Below are positions 50,716-63,800 of a DNA stretch of 64,000 bases, in pieces. The translations under genes and the position numbers were made by a program. Source of the DNA: Phoronis australis. Lineage: Eukaryota > Animalia > Phoronida. The notes beneath the pieces are model-generated. The model saw nothing but the letters and a program-made list of their open reading frames with translations. It searched no databases and was not told the DNA's origin. Every line of letters begins with the position of its first letter. Position 1 is the stretch's first letter. Location of the stretch: contig NMRA01000269.1 of NCBI GenBank assembly GCA_002633005.1, positions 1 through 64,000 of the forward strand, given 5' to 3'.

Positions 50716-53700
50716 GTATTGTGATTACGTTGAGGCTTATTAAACAGTGCTATAAGTGTAAGGATTTCAACTGCATGACACGTAAAACACGAACCCTCAG
50801 CAATTTTTTGTATCAAAAATATACATCGTCCCCTGTTGAAATTCCATGACCACTTCTCCGAGCACAGTGAGAAAGTTTATTTTGAATTCGTTCATACTAT
50901 TTTAGATTTTTTTCCTGATTCTCACAAAAAGAAAACCAAATGTGTTTGTGATACTATTTCTATATTTTATGTTCATGTAGATAAGGTATGGTATCGCATA
51001 TATGACAAGGCTAGGTAGCAAATGGTTTAGTTGATACCCCTTTTAGACATCCCTTCCATTATGATGTCCTTTCCAATCCCGTGGACATGTTATTCTGGTA
51101 GTCTTTCTGATTGGTTGACTTATCATTTTCCATGCAACACGTGACATAGTTGTATATTCGTACTCTTAACAGTAAGCATGCACAGTTATCTTAAGTGCTT
51201 TCGTCTGTTGTAGGCGATGTTCAAATGGATACCTCCTGTAACTATGCCATAAAAACTTCAAAACAGGTGAGGCAGTGGCTCGTGAAACAATGTGGGTTTA
51301 GCGAGGAGCAAGCTGAACTATTTGAGACGGAGGAGATTGACGGAGAAGCTCTCTATGAACTGTTGACAGACGAAAACTATATTGCTTCCATTAAAACCTT
51401 TAGTCCCAATCTATCAGTAGGTAAAATAGCGAAACTAAGAAAAGCGTTTAACGCTTTAAACGTTGGGTTACAATTACCTCCTGCCGGAGATGCTTGTGAA
51501 CTGTTCGAATGTGCTGACCAACAAAGTCATCGGTCTGGTGACAGATCAAGGAGCAATACACACTATGTGCTTAACACTGTTCATTCTGCATCAAATCTTT
51601 CAGAATGCAATCTGTTGGCAGATTTTCACTATTTCATTGCCATTAAAAACGGGTTCAGAGACGGGGCTGTTTTGAAGGAAGTTGCATCAACAATAGCAGC
51701 TTGCCTAAACAGTTTTCAGAACGCCATCATTCATATGGGCATTGAAACCGATGGTACGATTAAAGGCGTCCCCTTAGGTGATAATCATGAGGATGTGCAA
51801 GATTTTCAAATGCAAATTTTAAAGAGTTTTCCTGAAGACCAGCGGAAAATGATAGACAAACAAATTTCCCAATTGCACTTCATCGACGTTGACGATCAGA
51901 AGCAGAACGTGGCTAAACTTAAAGTTGTTGAAATAAACATTTCACCAATACCAGACAACCAGGAAGTATTTGTTTCCGCTGTTAATGACGAAAATTCCTC
52001 ATTCTTTGTCTTAAAAGAAGAAAAAGTGATACGACTTGAAACTGATGACCAGAAACAGTTTTTAAAAGAAAGACCAGTGTGGCGTAAAGCTAGGGAGGAA
52101 GCTTTAAAAGGAGGTGACAACAGACCCCCGTCATTCTATTCGGAAAAAGTCCAAAAACTGGTAGAGAAGATGACACTCGGTAACGGCTTTATCAACGATG
52201 GGATGTTTCCTATTCTTGTTGCGAATTCATTGCCCAAATCTATGTCGAAGGAGGCAATTCAAACTTGGTACTCATTCGTCGATGCTATTCAGTGGGCGTC
52301 AGTATTTGACTTCGATAGCAATGCAATCATTTGCCGTTATTTACAAGACAAAGGCGATCCAATTTCAGTAAAAAAAATTGAAGACATAAGTGAGGATGAC
52401 GTGAAACTCCTGTCTCCTAATTCCACACCTTGGTTATCTATGAACGGTTACGGAGAAGCAGGAATAGATGACCCGGTAAAGTATAGATTGCACCACAGAG
52501 AGCAGCTCAGACAGATAATCGAAATCTTGAAAAAAGAAGTACCGCTCAGTCGCGCCATGATCGTATTTGCCTTATTTTCTGATAACTGCCAAATTATGCT
52601 TGAACTTTTTTCCGAGATAGTGACGTCATTTCCGAACCAGTGGTGTGTCGTTTGCGATGACGAAAAACTACTGAAGGCATGGGACCAGGAGATAATAAAC
52701 CGAAAGTATGAGGATGGGGGTGTTTTAAAAGAAAATAGCGTTGTTGGAATACCCTGGCATCTTGTTTCGGAGCAGGTTAAACTAATAACTGAGCCTAAAT
52801 TAAGCGTTCCATGTAGAATTCCATCTTCATCTGGAGATGTTGTCACCCTGACGGAAAAGAAAGACCTTACGTGCCTTGAAATATTGGGCGTAGACGAATG
52901 CGAACAACATCTGAAACAATTATCCAAGAGGAAAGACATTAGCTGCTTGAAGAAAGAAGAAGAAAGACGCTTTTTCAGTGGCGGGAAAGTGAGTTGGCAA
53001 AACTTTGAGCTTGGACATGTGTGTAAGCGTGATATACACGCTACATTCCTAAAGAATGTAAGGGACGTACTGGAGAGAAAGCAATCTAAGTTGGATGAGG
53101 AAGACTCTGTTGGTATCATTAATTTTTACCATCAGCCCGGAGCAGGAGGTACTACCAGCAGTCGCAATGTATTGTGGGATCTCCGACACGAGTACCGATG
53201 TGCAATTGTTAAAGAGATAACACCAGTCAAAACCAGTGACCATGTCTATAGGCTGCGAATGTTTGGAGAAGATTGCGAAAGACGGGCACGGCCTGTCCTC
53301 TTACTTTTAGAGAACGAGGATCCGGATAGCATTAGGTTGTTACGAACGGAACTCGAGCACGGGGCTAAGCGTAATCAGAGGGAAGCAGCCTTTGATGATA
53401 ATACCTGTGACCAAGATCAAGGCAGCTTTGAGGAAAACATCAATTGTTTCAGCGTAGTTCTACTGATATGTAGACGGCAGAAAAAGAATTCTGGCAACAA
53501 AGATTTGATACTGCGACACCGGCTGTCTACCCAAGAATTGCAGTGGTTTGAAACGAAGTACAACGAGCTCGAAATGGAATACAAAAACAAATGGGGTTCC
53601 GATCCAGCCTTGTTATTCTTCTTCAACATAATGAAGACGGAATTTCGACTCCGAAGCAATCAAGAATACGGTTAGAAATATTCTAACAAATATGACGGAT

Positions 53701-55782
53701 GAAACAGAACGTCTGGTTCTCAAGTATGTTTCTTTGTTAAACTGTTACGATCAAGAATTCCGCCCCGTGCCTGTGTCCGTTTTCGATGTATTCGTAGCTA
53801 ACAAACGACCTGTACCAAAGAAAATGAGCTATGGTCTGGTGCTTCCTGTTGCTCAAAGGGCCGAGAAACATAACCCTCAATGGGAACAAACCGCCAGCGA
53901 GTCTTGGAAATTACTAGTGATTGAAAGGTGTGATAATAACTACAGAGGGTTTACCATTTGCAGCAAATTGCTCGCGAAGGAAATTCTTAGCAATTTCACC
54001 CAAAAGCAAACACTGGGCACCATCACCAAAGAGTTCCTCAGTTGCAAGGACATCTTTTCTACTCGTGGAGTCAGCTATCATGCAAAAACTCTGCATGACA
54101 TAACTCAAGACATATTACGACGACGTGTGCAAGAAGTGGGTCAAAAGTCTAAATATTCGCCGTTGGTAAATGAAGTCCTGAAAGCAGAATCGGATAAGGT
54201 AGCTGCTGATCTTCTCATTAAGGGGTATGAGATTTTTGACAACCCATTTATTGCTCAGCAGATAGCAAGACTATTTATGTATTCAGGAACTTGTGAACTC
54301 AATGACGATAGCCACCAAAAGGCACTAGAATACGCCGAGAAAGGTCTAGCACAGAGGCCAAAATCTTCTTACTTACACGACACAGTTGGTCAAGTTCACA
54401 AAAAGCAGCTACTTAAAGCCTTAGATGTCCTTCGATCTACAGGCACACCAATAGCATCCAATGCCGAAGTAATACAATGTGCCTTCGATGCCATAGCAGC
54501 TTTTCGACAGGCACAACTCTACAAACAACCAGAGAAACCTCAGGGTGTCTTTATCATGGCTGGGTACCACGGGGAGCTTGACACTTTCAACAAGCTTGTG
54601 GAATACCTTCAGATGCTACCAGGACTGGGCGAAGACGACGTCAAAAAACTTTTCCTGGACCCTAATTTCTTCCCTGACTGGGTGGAAAGTACAAGCCCAG
54701 AAATAGTCCACGAGCTCAAATCTCTAAAGCAGACTGTTCACGAAACTCCTGTAGCCGTAGAGGGTCTCGAAAATGAAGTGCGTGAACAGCGCCTCGATGT
54801 AATGCAAGTGGCGATGAAGAATTCTATGAAGAAAAGGTTAGCAAAGGTGACTGAACAATTGCTACGTTATTTTGGCAAACAAAACTACAAAATTATGGAT
54901 GTGCTTGGTGAATTTGGAAAATGTGAATACAGACGAATAAAGGCTGCAGGACTATGTGGGTACTCGTTTTCGGGGATGGTAAAAATGGCAAAAACTGTAA
55001 GAAAACATGAGGCAAACACGTCATTATTACACGTATACCGCTTGATGCAACAGAACTGTAATTCAAATTCCAGAACTGCAAAAGACGTGCTTGTAATGAT
55101 GGGCGCGTACATCACACTTTCGTGTGTACTTCGATATGCAACGAGTGAACCTGGATTCACCCATGAGGGTATGGTGGAATGGAGTCACCTGTTATTTGAC
55201 CAAAGAGTTACTCTCTCAGAAACGGAAGTGTACCTTGAACCGTACCTCTTCTACGTGATGCTTAACTGGTCGTCCATTGAAAGTAAAGGAAATCAGGCTT
55301 TGCACGTAAGCTTGAACAAGGTGATGGAATACTGGAAAAAGGATTATGACAAAAAATACCCTGCCAAATATTTGAAAGAGAGAAACATCTTTTTTATTGC
55401 AAAAGGTTCTGGGCTTAGTTGTTTTGTACATCCATCCAAATTTACAAACAGCTATTATGGGCCCAAGTTTTGGAAATCTGACGAAGTCAAACGAGAACTT
55501 AATCAGTTTCATGGTAAAGTAACTGGTAACTTAGATGGGGTTGAATTTTTACTCCACACGTCTCCGAAACAGATTATCAGAATTCCCTCAGCCATTCCAA
55601 TATCGTTCGACTCTTGGAGGAACAGAGAAGTTCTCTTTTACATTGGATTGACATGGTCTGGACCAGTCGCTTACGGTATTCAGAAAATAACCACTGAACA
55701 AGCTGAATTTCCTAGAGAAGAGTCTCAGGAGACACTTGAAAATGTACCACATCTGGAAAACTCCGTCTGGCCATCTGTTTAG
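50421..55782 (+). CDS. SAMD9: SAMD9/SAMD9L-family protein with N-terminal CARD (CARD-SAM-AlbA_2-SIR2-like-STAND NTPase-TPR-OB), ~1620 aa if one +1 frame break at ~53640-53646 is corrected
   Basis: Exon 50421-50715 splices in phase 1 to a single large exon starting at 51214. SAMD9 hallmarks: SAM (VRQWL...EEIDGEAL), AACLNS...IHMGI, ILVAN...IQWASVFDFD, EERRFFSGGKVSWQNF, HQPGAGGTT..RNVLWDLR..YRCA, PVLLLLE, NPFIAQQIAR, SSYLHDTVGQVHK, MAGYHGE, FYIGLTWSGPVAYGI. This is a family-level homologue, not a proven 1:1 orthologue. Confidence 0.9.
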
Positions 55783-56575
55783 AACCAAAATAATCTGGAA
55801 GACAACCTGAGCTTGTCTAACAGGAAATGTTGGTCTCGGTTATCTAGTAATGCTGTTAATTCATTTGGTGTTTCATAATATGAAAGTGTCCCATAGTATA
55901 TCAGTGTGTAATTTTATTTTTTAGCAAAATTAATTCAACGAGCCTTAAGGTCTTTTAAGATATTACGCATTTTAAGTGATGTTCAGGCTTGCGTTTTTTT
56001 TTTCAACAGGATTAGGATATTATGGGCATTGTAGAGCCCTTTCGATGGTGCACATTTAAATCAAACTACTGTAAAGAAGCAACAACAATCTTTCCAAAAA
56101 GTATCGCACAGACTTAGATGAATGCGATTTCCAACGCGATGTTATAAATTGCTTTTCGTCTGCATGTACTTGTGTGTGTTAAAGCTTTGCTGGCTTTTGC
56201 ATTGTATCTTAGTGTGTTAAAGTGTGTTGTGTTGTATCATATGAAGCTCTTGACTAAGCAAAGAAGACTTGACAGGAAGGTTTTCATTCTGAGAAGATTC
56301 CTCTGTAACCATGGAACATTTAGTGATTGAAGCTGTTGTAACACATGTTGTGCTAAACATCTTTTTTTTACCATGGTTATTTTGTGTTTTGTCTACGTAA
56401 CGTTTGTGAAAAGTATGTAGGATTTGGCAGCATGTTCCGTAGTACATAACACTTTGTGTTAGATCAGATAGCCATATTTACGTTCTGTAACGGTATTTTG
56501 CTAGCCAATCGAAGACTGTGGTGCGTTGTGGATTTCGTTTGCTGTATGATTGCGTGGCGTGACCTTTGAACTAAC

Positions 56576-56581
56576 AATAAA
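56576..56581 (+). terminator. Candidate polyadenylation signal of the SAMD9-like gene
   Basis: First AATAAA noticed downstream of the stop (~790 nt). Confidence 0.35.
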
Positions 56582-58649
56582 TGTTCAAAGTGCAAGACCT
56601 TTTTTGCCGCAACACAGAAACCATCTCATGACAAGTGTTGGAGAATGACACATCATTGTCACCACAAGCAGATAACTATACGATATTGCGAGGGGGTGAA
56701 ACAATGTCAACCCCTAAACCAACCAATGGCTATTAAGAAGACATTTGCCGTTATAAAAAAATTCAAATTAATTAAATGTAATGGAATTGTGTTTGTAGTA
56801 TGTATACTTTCTTCAATAGTATCTAAAATATTTCGTGCTTTTTGTGCGATTTCATGTATTCGAAACTACAAGCAAAGTCTAAGAGAATTGGTTGCAACCA
56901 TCAAAACAGGCTTTGGTATCCTTTTAAAAGAACAGTAACCAGTCAGCAATCGAGAAACTGGTCAAATTGAGTCCCACCTTACGTACGCATTCTGAAAAAC
57001 AGACAGTTCGTGTTGGTTCACTCTATACCATTGATTGTTATCTAAATGGCTGAAGATCAGAAAAAGCATCGACCTTGCGTTGCACTAACTGGAAGAGATT
57101 CATTTAACCGTGTTTCAATTTTCCCAGACAGCCGAAGCCTTGTAACCCGACTGCGTATAAGTATTTAGACACGAGTGGAGCATTGGCGATTTCTTAGAAG
57201 ACTTCCTCTATATCGGGTTGAGAAGTATAATTTTTATGAATAGACGATTGGAACGTCTGGTTAGAAGGCTGGTCAGAGCTAAACGAGCTTTACCAGAGAC
57301 TTCCTATTGGGTGCCTTACGAGTTAGTAGCATAGCATTTAAGGAGGCACAGAACAGTTCTCACTGGGTTTTGCCCAGCAAAACACATCACTTGATTTGCC
57401 ACCTTATCTTCACTCTATTGAAAACAGGATGCAAAGAATGACATGGTTTCAGTTAGTTCACATAAAAAGCCCTACAGATGAGCACAGAAACTTTATTCTC
57501 GTTGTTTTTTTGACCCTTTAACTCCCACTGAACACCAGGCTAGACTAAAAAATAGGGTAAAAAATGCAAAGTCGGCACTTTTCACCCCACTTCCATGCCG
57601 ATGCACGACTAAAGCCGATTCCGAAAATGTGGTCCAAAAGTAATGTCAACCAACTAGTTTTTTTTTGGCAATTCTGGCTTGTTTGAGGGCTACCTGAAAT
57701 TACAGCCAATTTCTCAGTCGCTACCTAGCAATGCACAATTGCAACCGGGGGCAGCATTCTTGAAGAAGGGGAGTGCAAATTGGCCGCGGCCGCTGCCTAC
57801 CTGTTCAGTGCCACCTAAGTTCGGTATGCTCTGGCCAATCACGATTCCCATGAGGGAACATATCTACGTCACTAGAAGAAGGCAGCTCTGACGTCTGATT
57901 AGAGGAAGGGAGTGGGTAATTAGAGAACAAACCATACGTCATCTGACGAGCCTTCACATGTGAGCTTTGCCAGTCCCCATTTAAAGGGGCTATAAAGTTA
58001 AACTGTTGTTTCTGATCTCTGCGTCTTTTTAGAAAACCAAGTCGTCGGACTACCCTGGTGTGGTATTTTTAGTAGCTCATTTTTCGATAATAAAATCCAC
58101 ATTACACGGTGTTACGGGATTAGATTGTCTTTTACTCGTAGCTTGGCAAACTGTTGTGTTTCAAACCTTACTTTCGCGCCTTTGTGTAGCTGCAGCGGAA
58201 AAAAACACGAGTGAGACCAGCTTGGCTGAAATTGAGCGCAAGTCTCAAAATAAAAACCAATTGTGCCTTTTATGGTCTAATTAAACCTGGGTTATACCAC
58301 TTGCCGCAATAAACTTGGTCTCAACTTGCTCCTTACTGAGATAGAAGTGATGTTTGTTCTTTATTGTTGGAGACCGTGCTCGGCGAATCACGTGACAGGC
58401 CGCGACAAGTCATTTGTAAGAGCCCGGTCTCGAGCAAAATCGACTTGGACTATCATTTCTTTCCAAGAATATGTATAATTGGCAGAGGGGGGCATTTGCT
58501 TGCCAGATTCGGGCAAAAGTTTTGAAAATTGGGATAAAATAAGAAAAAAAAAACTGGGCACAGAGAACACTACAGGAGCTGCATCAAAAGTGAATAGATA
58601 AGTGATAAATTCAGTTTTCAAAATGCTAGACGTTCTCAGTGAGTCACCC

Positions 58650-60830
58650 ATTCACGTGGAAAAGAAGGTAGAATCTCCAATTGCCCGATAACATCACACA
58701 GCATTTTCATAGAAGTACTGTGGCATCAAGACACTTCGTTCAAATAACCCATGCATGTGAGAAATAAAAATAGCAAATAATCATTGAACGTTTGACCCCT
58801 GATAGTGAGCAGTACCTGATGATGTAATAATAAAAAATGTCAGTGTTTTCTACCGAAGAATTCAAAGAATAGTATTTCTTTTCAAGATCATAAGGATTAC
58901 TTATGGAACGTGGCATTTTCGTGATGTGCTAGCTGCGTGGATTAGATTGATTTTTATGATTATTTGTTAATTTCACCGTAGACTATGATCTATGTCAATT
59001 ATTTCCCCGCTAAACACCAAATTCTATAGATGACGTCAACCTTCAAAAGTCTTCTGTCGGATCTAGGATATCGCAAGAGGGATGGCCACGAGAATTATCT
59101 AGGGGAAACTGTTGCTTTGACAACTATTTTGATAGCATTTGGAGAGGAATTCCTTAAAGATGCATTTGCATGCTCACAACTATGCTAATGCACTAAACAA
59201 AGTGCAGTCATTGACAACTTTTAAATATGAAAACAAGATATCTGCTAATAGGTGAGCTTTTCACCAATGACGTACCTTGGGGGCTCACGTAACTCGCATC
59301 ATGCTGTATTATAGGTTAACCAACTTTTGGTTGCTTGCTCCCACGTCAAATATTACATTTTTGATAATTAAAACAGTATTGCTCTCTAACCTCAATCTTC
59401 GACCAAAATCTTTTAATATATCAGTCGATGTAGTTGACCTTGAAAAAAAAGCCCAAGGGTTGCTTCCATCTTGAGAATAAACCTTTGGCCATGAACACCA
59501 ATGCCTGCTTTAAAATTTCTTTCCCAAAACCCATATTTCCAAAGTTTTAAAAACCGTCTCAGTATTTTGCCTTTAGACAGATTGTACGAAAGTGCTGCTT
59601 TCACGTTCAATTCATCAACGTATATACTACCGCACTTCTCCAAGCCATTCAGTTTAGCTACCATGTGCTCAAGTACACCAAGAACAGCTCAGGCCTGAAA
59701 CCGCAGTCATCTACAAAATTCCGAAAAATTCTCTGCACAGTTCTCACAGACGGAATTGCAAATGATTTATTTAAAATCGGTAAGCACTCGGACTTCTATA
59801 ATAACAGCACAAACAATACTTCATATCTTTTAACCACACCATCCTGTTTCTTTATCAGACATAGTCAGCTGTGACACTACAATACTGTATGCGTTGCCAG
59901 AAGGTTGCTTAGATATTACACGTTTTGCTGTTTCAATGTCACTTTCCTTTCTAAAAATCTTAGTTAACTTCGCCTTGACAAAATGTACTTGTTTCCGCAG
60001 TCTTTCTTTCCGTTTAAAATACATCGCCAGCTTGCGTATGAGATAGTCTTCGTTGGACTTTGTGGAGGATTTGGACCTTTCACAATTGGAACGGGAGAAG
60101 ATTGCGACTCAGCTGAAAAGCAACGATTATATTTTTTAATAGGTATTATGAATTTTGTAGACAATATTCAGGGGCTGATGTTATTAATACGTTGCTGCCG
60201 CTGTTGCTGCTGCAAAGACTATTACCACAGATAACTTCAAAGGAATTATCTCTTGCGTTGCTTACAATATATATGAAACATTTCGTCTATGTCTCTGCTA
60301 TGATGATACTCACACAAAGTAACCCATACTTGTTACATGATATTTACCCTTTGAGTGAAAAAATGCCTTATATTATGACATTAGAATTTTCCATTCCTGT
60401 ATTAGTTGAAAATCTTAAGGTTCTATTGTTGTTGTTGGTATTTTCTTTCAACATCTTTGCCACACAAATACCTTAAGTTTGAATTTTTTGCTTTACGTTG
60501 ATGTTGCTGCCTGCTCACCACTATCGTCTTCAAGAGTTCTCTTTTGTGTAACACGACTCTTCGTGGTAGCTTTCGGTGGATTTGGGATGGTGAAAATTGT
60601 TGTTAGTGCGTCTTTGCGTAGACTTTTCTGGGCTTGTCACCTTCCTTGTCTGAGGAGCATATAAACTGGTCACGACTAAAGCGTTCTTCACATAAAAACA
60701 GTGTTATATTGTTTTCAAAAACCAAGTTTTCCCGTCGTGTGTTGATCTACCACCTGTGGTATCTGCAAATTAGCATGCACAAATGGATTCAAATTATTAA
60801 TGAAATCGATTGACAAAATAACGTGGCAGA
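58650..60830 (-). pseudogene. Decayed P-element/THAP9-like transposase
   Basis: THAP remnant at ~60570-60800 (W.INTRRE...LFLCEERF..DQF...RKDALTTIFTIPNPP). Transposase motifs at ~59500-59760 (PSVRTVQR...CGSIYVDELNVKAALSYNLSKGKI..GF). Many stops and frameshifts; element ends not located. Confidence 0.75.
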
Positions 60831-63800
60831 TAGCTAGGTCACTGTTTAGAACCGGGCCCCAAACAACCCCTCCGTTACTGGGGTCAGGAAATCAACCCCT
60901 CAATCTTAGAAATATGGCGATGCCCACCAAGATCACAATCACAAATTAACGGCATATTAGCCCGGCAAGAATAGACCTATCGCAAGCTCCGCCCCCTTGC
61001 GTAGTGTCCTGGCGATAGGTCAATTGACGCTGAGGCAAACGCGACGAATAGACCAATCGGTAGGTTAGTGCAGTGAAGATGCGGGAAGTGCATTTAGAGA
61101 TGGGGAGTAACACTAACTAGCGATCACAAGCCTGACAAGAAAATTTTGTTCACCGCCACTGAAGCCCACATGTTACTAGACAAATTTGCTAACACACAAA
61201 GTAATCACTCATCTCTGCAATGTTTCTTCATTGTTTCGTTTTCCTGGTTTGGAAAACTATAAAACGAAAGATTCGGCTGCTTCCACCTAGAATCATTGCA
61301 ATTTATAACAGCTCAATACTGCACATGACCATTCATATTTGCAGACGACGTGACTGTTTTACCGCAGTGGATCTCAGGTGGCGCCCCGAGCGCACGAAGG
61401 GCAATAGCGCCGGCTACACAATTCCCCGGCGTCAAAGTCTTCAGAATTCAGGTACACACACCAACACAGTAACTGCATGTACAAACTAGACTATTAATTT
61501 CCACTACAGTTCTCCGTTAGCTGTCTGAACGACAGAGATTCCCGAAACTAAGTTCAACTTTCTTAACGATAAGGAACAATTTTCAATTCAAATCAGTCTC
61601 AGAATTCGCAGATTCACTCGAATCAAAATACACACCTTCTTCTAACTCAAGAAGAAAGAAAGAGACGGAACACGATGGTTCAGCGGACAACCTGAACACC
61701 ACTAGCAGGCCCTGATTGGCCAAAACAATAGACCAATTAGCAACAAGAGGGGTTCAAGTAACAACCAATTAGGCAACCGTAACAAACCTGACCTAAAAGG
61801 TCCGAGGTCACATACCTATCGGTTTCAGTGTTCTCGACAGTAACTTACGGCGGATCATTTTCGACACAAAACTCATTCTTAAAAGATTTTGCAATTTTCA
61901 ACCTACTTTAAATTTTAACATTGTCGCAAAATGTCGTGTTTCCAACTAATTTGACCAAGCAGTCATGACAGATTAGGAATAGTGTGCAAGATCCACTTTA
62001 AGTCAATCTAACGGAAACGCTTTAAGAAATCGATGTTTCGGTGCACTTCTTGACGGCATTTGATAAAATTCGGGTAAATCCGTCTGTATCATATGCCCCA
62101 GGCCCAAAACAACACAGTCCGTGTGTGCCTGTGTTTTCAAGTTCAAAAATAACACCCATTTTGACAATTTTAGACTAATTTCATGGCAGTAAATTACTTT
62201 CAATGTTTTATCACAATTGTACATGGAGAATGTTATTTCAAGGAGTGCAGTACTAAAATAAACCCCTTTGTTATGTCGCAGGATCTTCTTGCAGCAGGTT
62301 GCATAGTGCAGAAAGTCGGCTCGTCGTGGATGTCGGATAGGGGGAGGTTTTCCCCCTCGGCGCACATGGGAATTTTTTTGCCTCTAAGAACAAGCATTTC
62401 ACTTAATATCTGAAGAATTATCAAAGAAAAAAAAACACTGTAAAAATAGAAAATTTGAAAAGCACATGGACTCGAGACCTCTTTGTCAGAGCGCTTGTGC
62501 TCTTCCATTGCGCAACCACGCTTCCTAAGGGACATATCGTCGGGATACCTATCGTCGTCAGGCTCCCATGGTTGTCTCCTGCACAGACCCGTGACGTCAG
62601 CTTGTGAGACCCGGGAACCAGGCTAGCTCCCATGGTCGTCCGTCGTCTTCTTTCGCGCGCAGCGCAGCCACGCGGGACTTAGCGTTCCAATCTGGAGTGC
62701 TCGTCTGCTCGTTGAGGTACTAAGCTCTCGGGAGAAACACGCATCGAAGAACTGAGACGAAAATCGGTGCATTTACCCACTGTTTTTTGAAACCACTTAA
62801 AAACTTGTAGATTTTACTAATGCACTTTTTCGTTCATTTTCAGAGGATATTTTTAAAATTAAATTTTCTTCAGACGGAACAAAAAACGACCCAGGGATTG
62901 TTTATACAGTGTATCTATTTGTTCCAGGCACTAACTGACACTTAGGCCAAACATGAGGAAAAACGCAGCAAACAAATGCAACACGCTGGGTGCTTAACAG
63001 TTTCGGCCCACGCATTGGTCATCAAAATATTGTCCACTTGTTTTTTATTGCAAAACACAGTACTGAACTCAACATTTATGTTGAAATTTTTGGTTCAGGC
63101 ATTTATTTGAAGAAAATTAAAATACTTGAATTGATAGAGAATGGCCACCAATAAAGTAAAACATTGACTTTATTTCACTATATTGCATTGTTACATACAG
63201 CACAGCATGACATAATTAAAAATAAAAGAAGAGGTTGAGCAATAAAACGCAAATGCAACTTGGGTATTTATTTATTTAGGATTACAGAAAGGTGAGAAAA
63301 ATCAAACAATATGATACTGGGTAATTTATTAGAGCAACTGTTCAATGATCAACTTCCGCTCACGGAGAGCATCCTTTACACCCCTTCTGGTATTGAGAGT
63401 CCCTCTTTGAATAAAAGAGGTTGTTTAAGATTCGATTTGCCACACGTATGGGATGGTGTTCTGACGTCAATGCCGCGCCGTCTGGTCAAAACGCCACCAA
63501 TTGGCCAGAATAACGATAACGTCACAAGCCAAGCTGAAGTCCGTGAGATGTGAACGCAACATCGCTTAGAATATTTTTAAGTTTTTATTCCAGTATTAGA
63601 CTCAAACGTTTTCTCAACTGGATGTCTCAAAGTTTTCATGCCGTTTGTTTTGTAAAATAGTTCCAAATCTGGAAACTCTTATTCACGTAAAGGCGAAGTT
63701 TGTTCAACTTTTTCTTAATGCCTAATTTCCCTTCGTTGCGGAACTAAATCAACAATTATTGGGAGCTGTCACACCCTAGAAGCTATGCCCCTGCGTGGCG

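Noticed and set aside
52448-53119. 223-aa antisense ORF
   Set aside because: Shadow of the SAMD9-like coding strand with no recognisable motifs.
51195-55782. Two separate genes (826 aa and 696 aa), or a small intron bridging them
   Set aside because: SAMD9 homology is collinear across the junction with a one-base offset. No GT-AG intron fits without deleting conserved residues.
61171-61784. Possible solo LTR (TGTTAC...GTAACA) with a PBS-like TGGCGCCCCGA inside
   Set aside because: No matching target-site duplication, no second LTR and no gag/pol remnant.
61790-61803. GACC-TTTTA-GGTC hairpin as another histone stem-loop
   Set aside because: Stem is too short and the loop size is wrong; no adjacent stop codon or downstream element.
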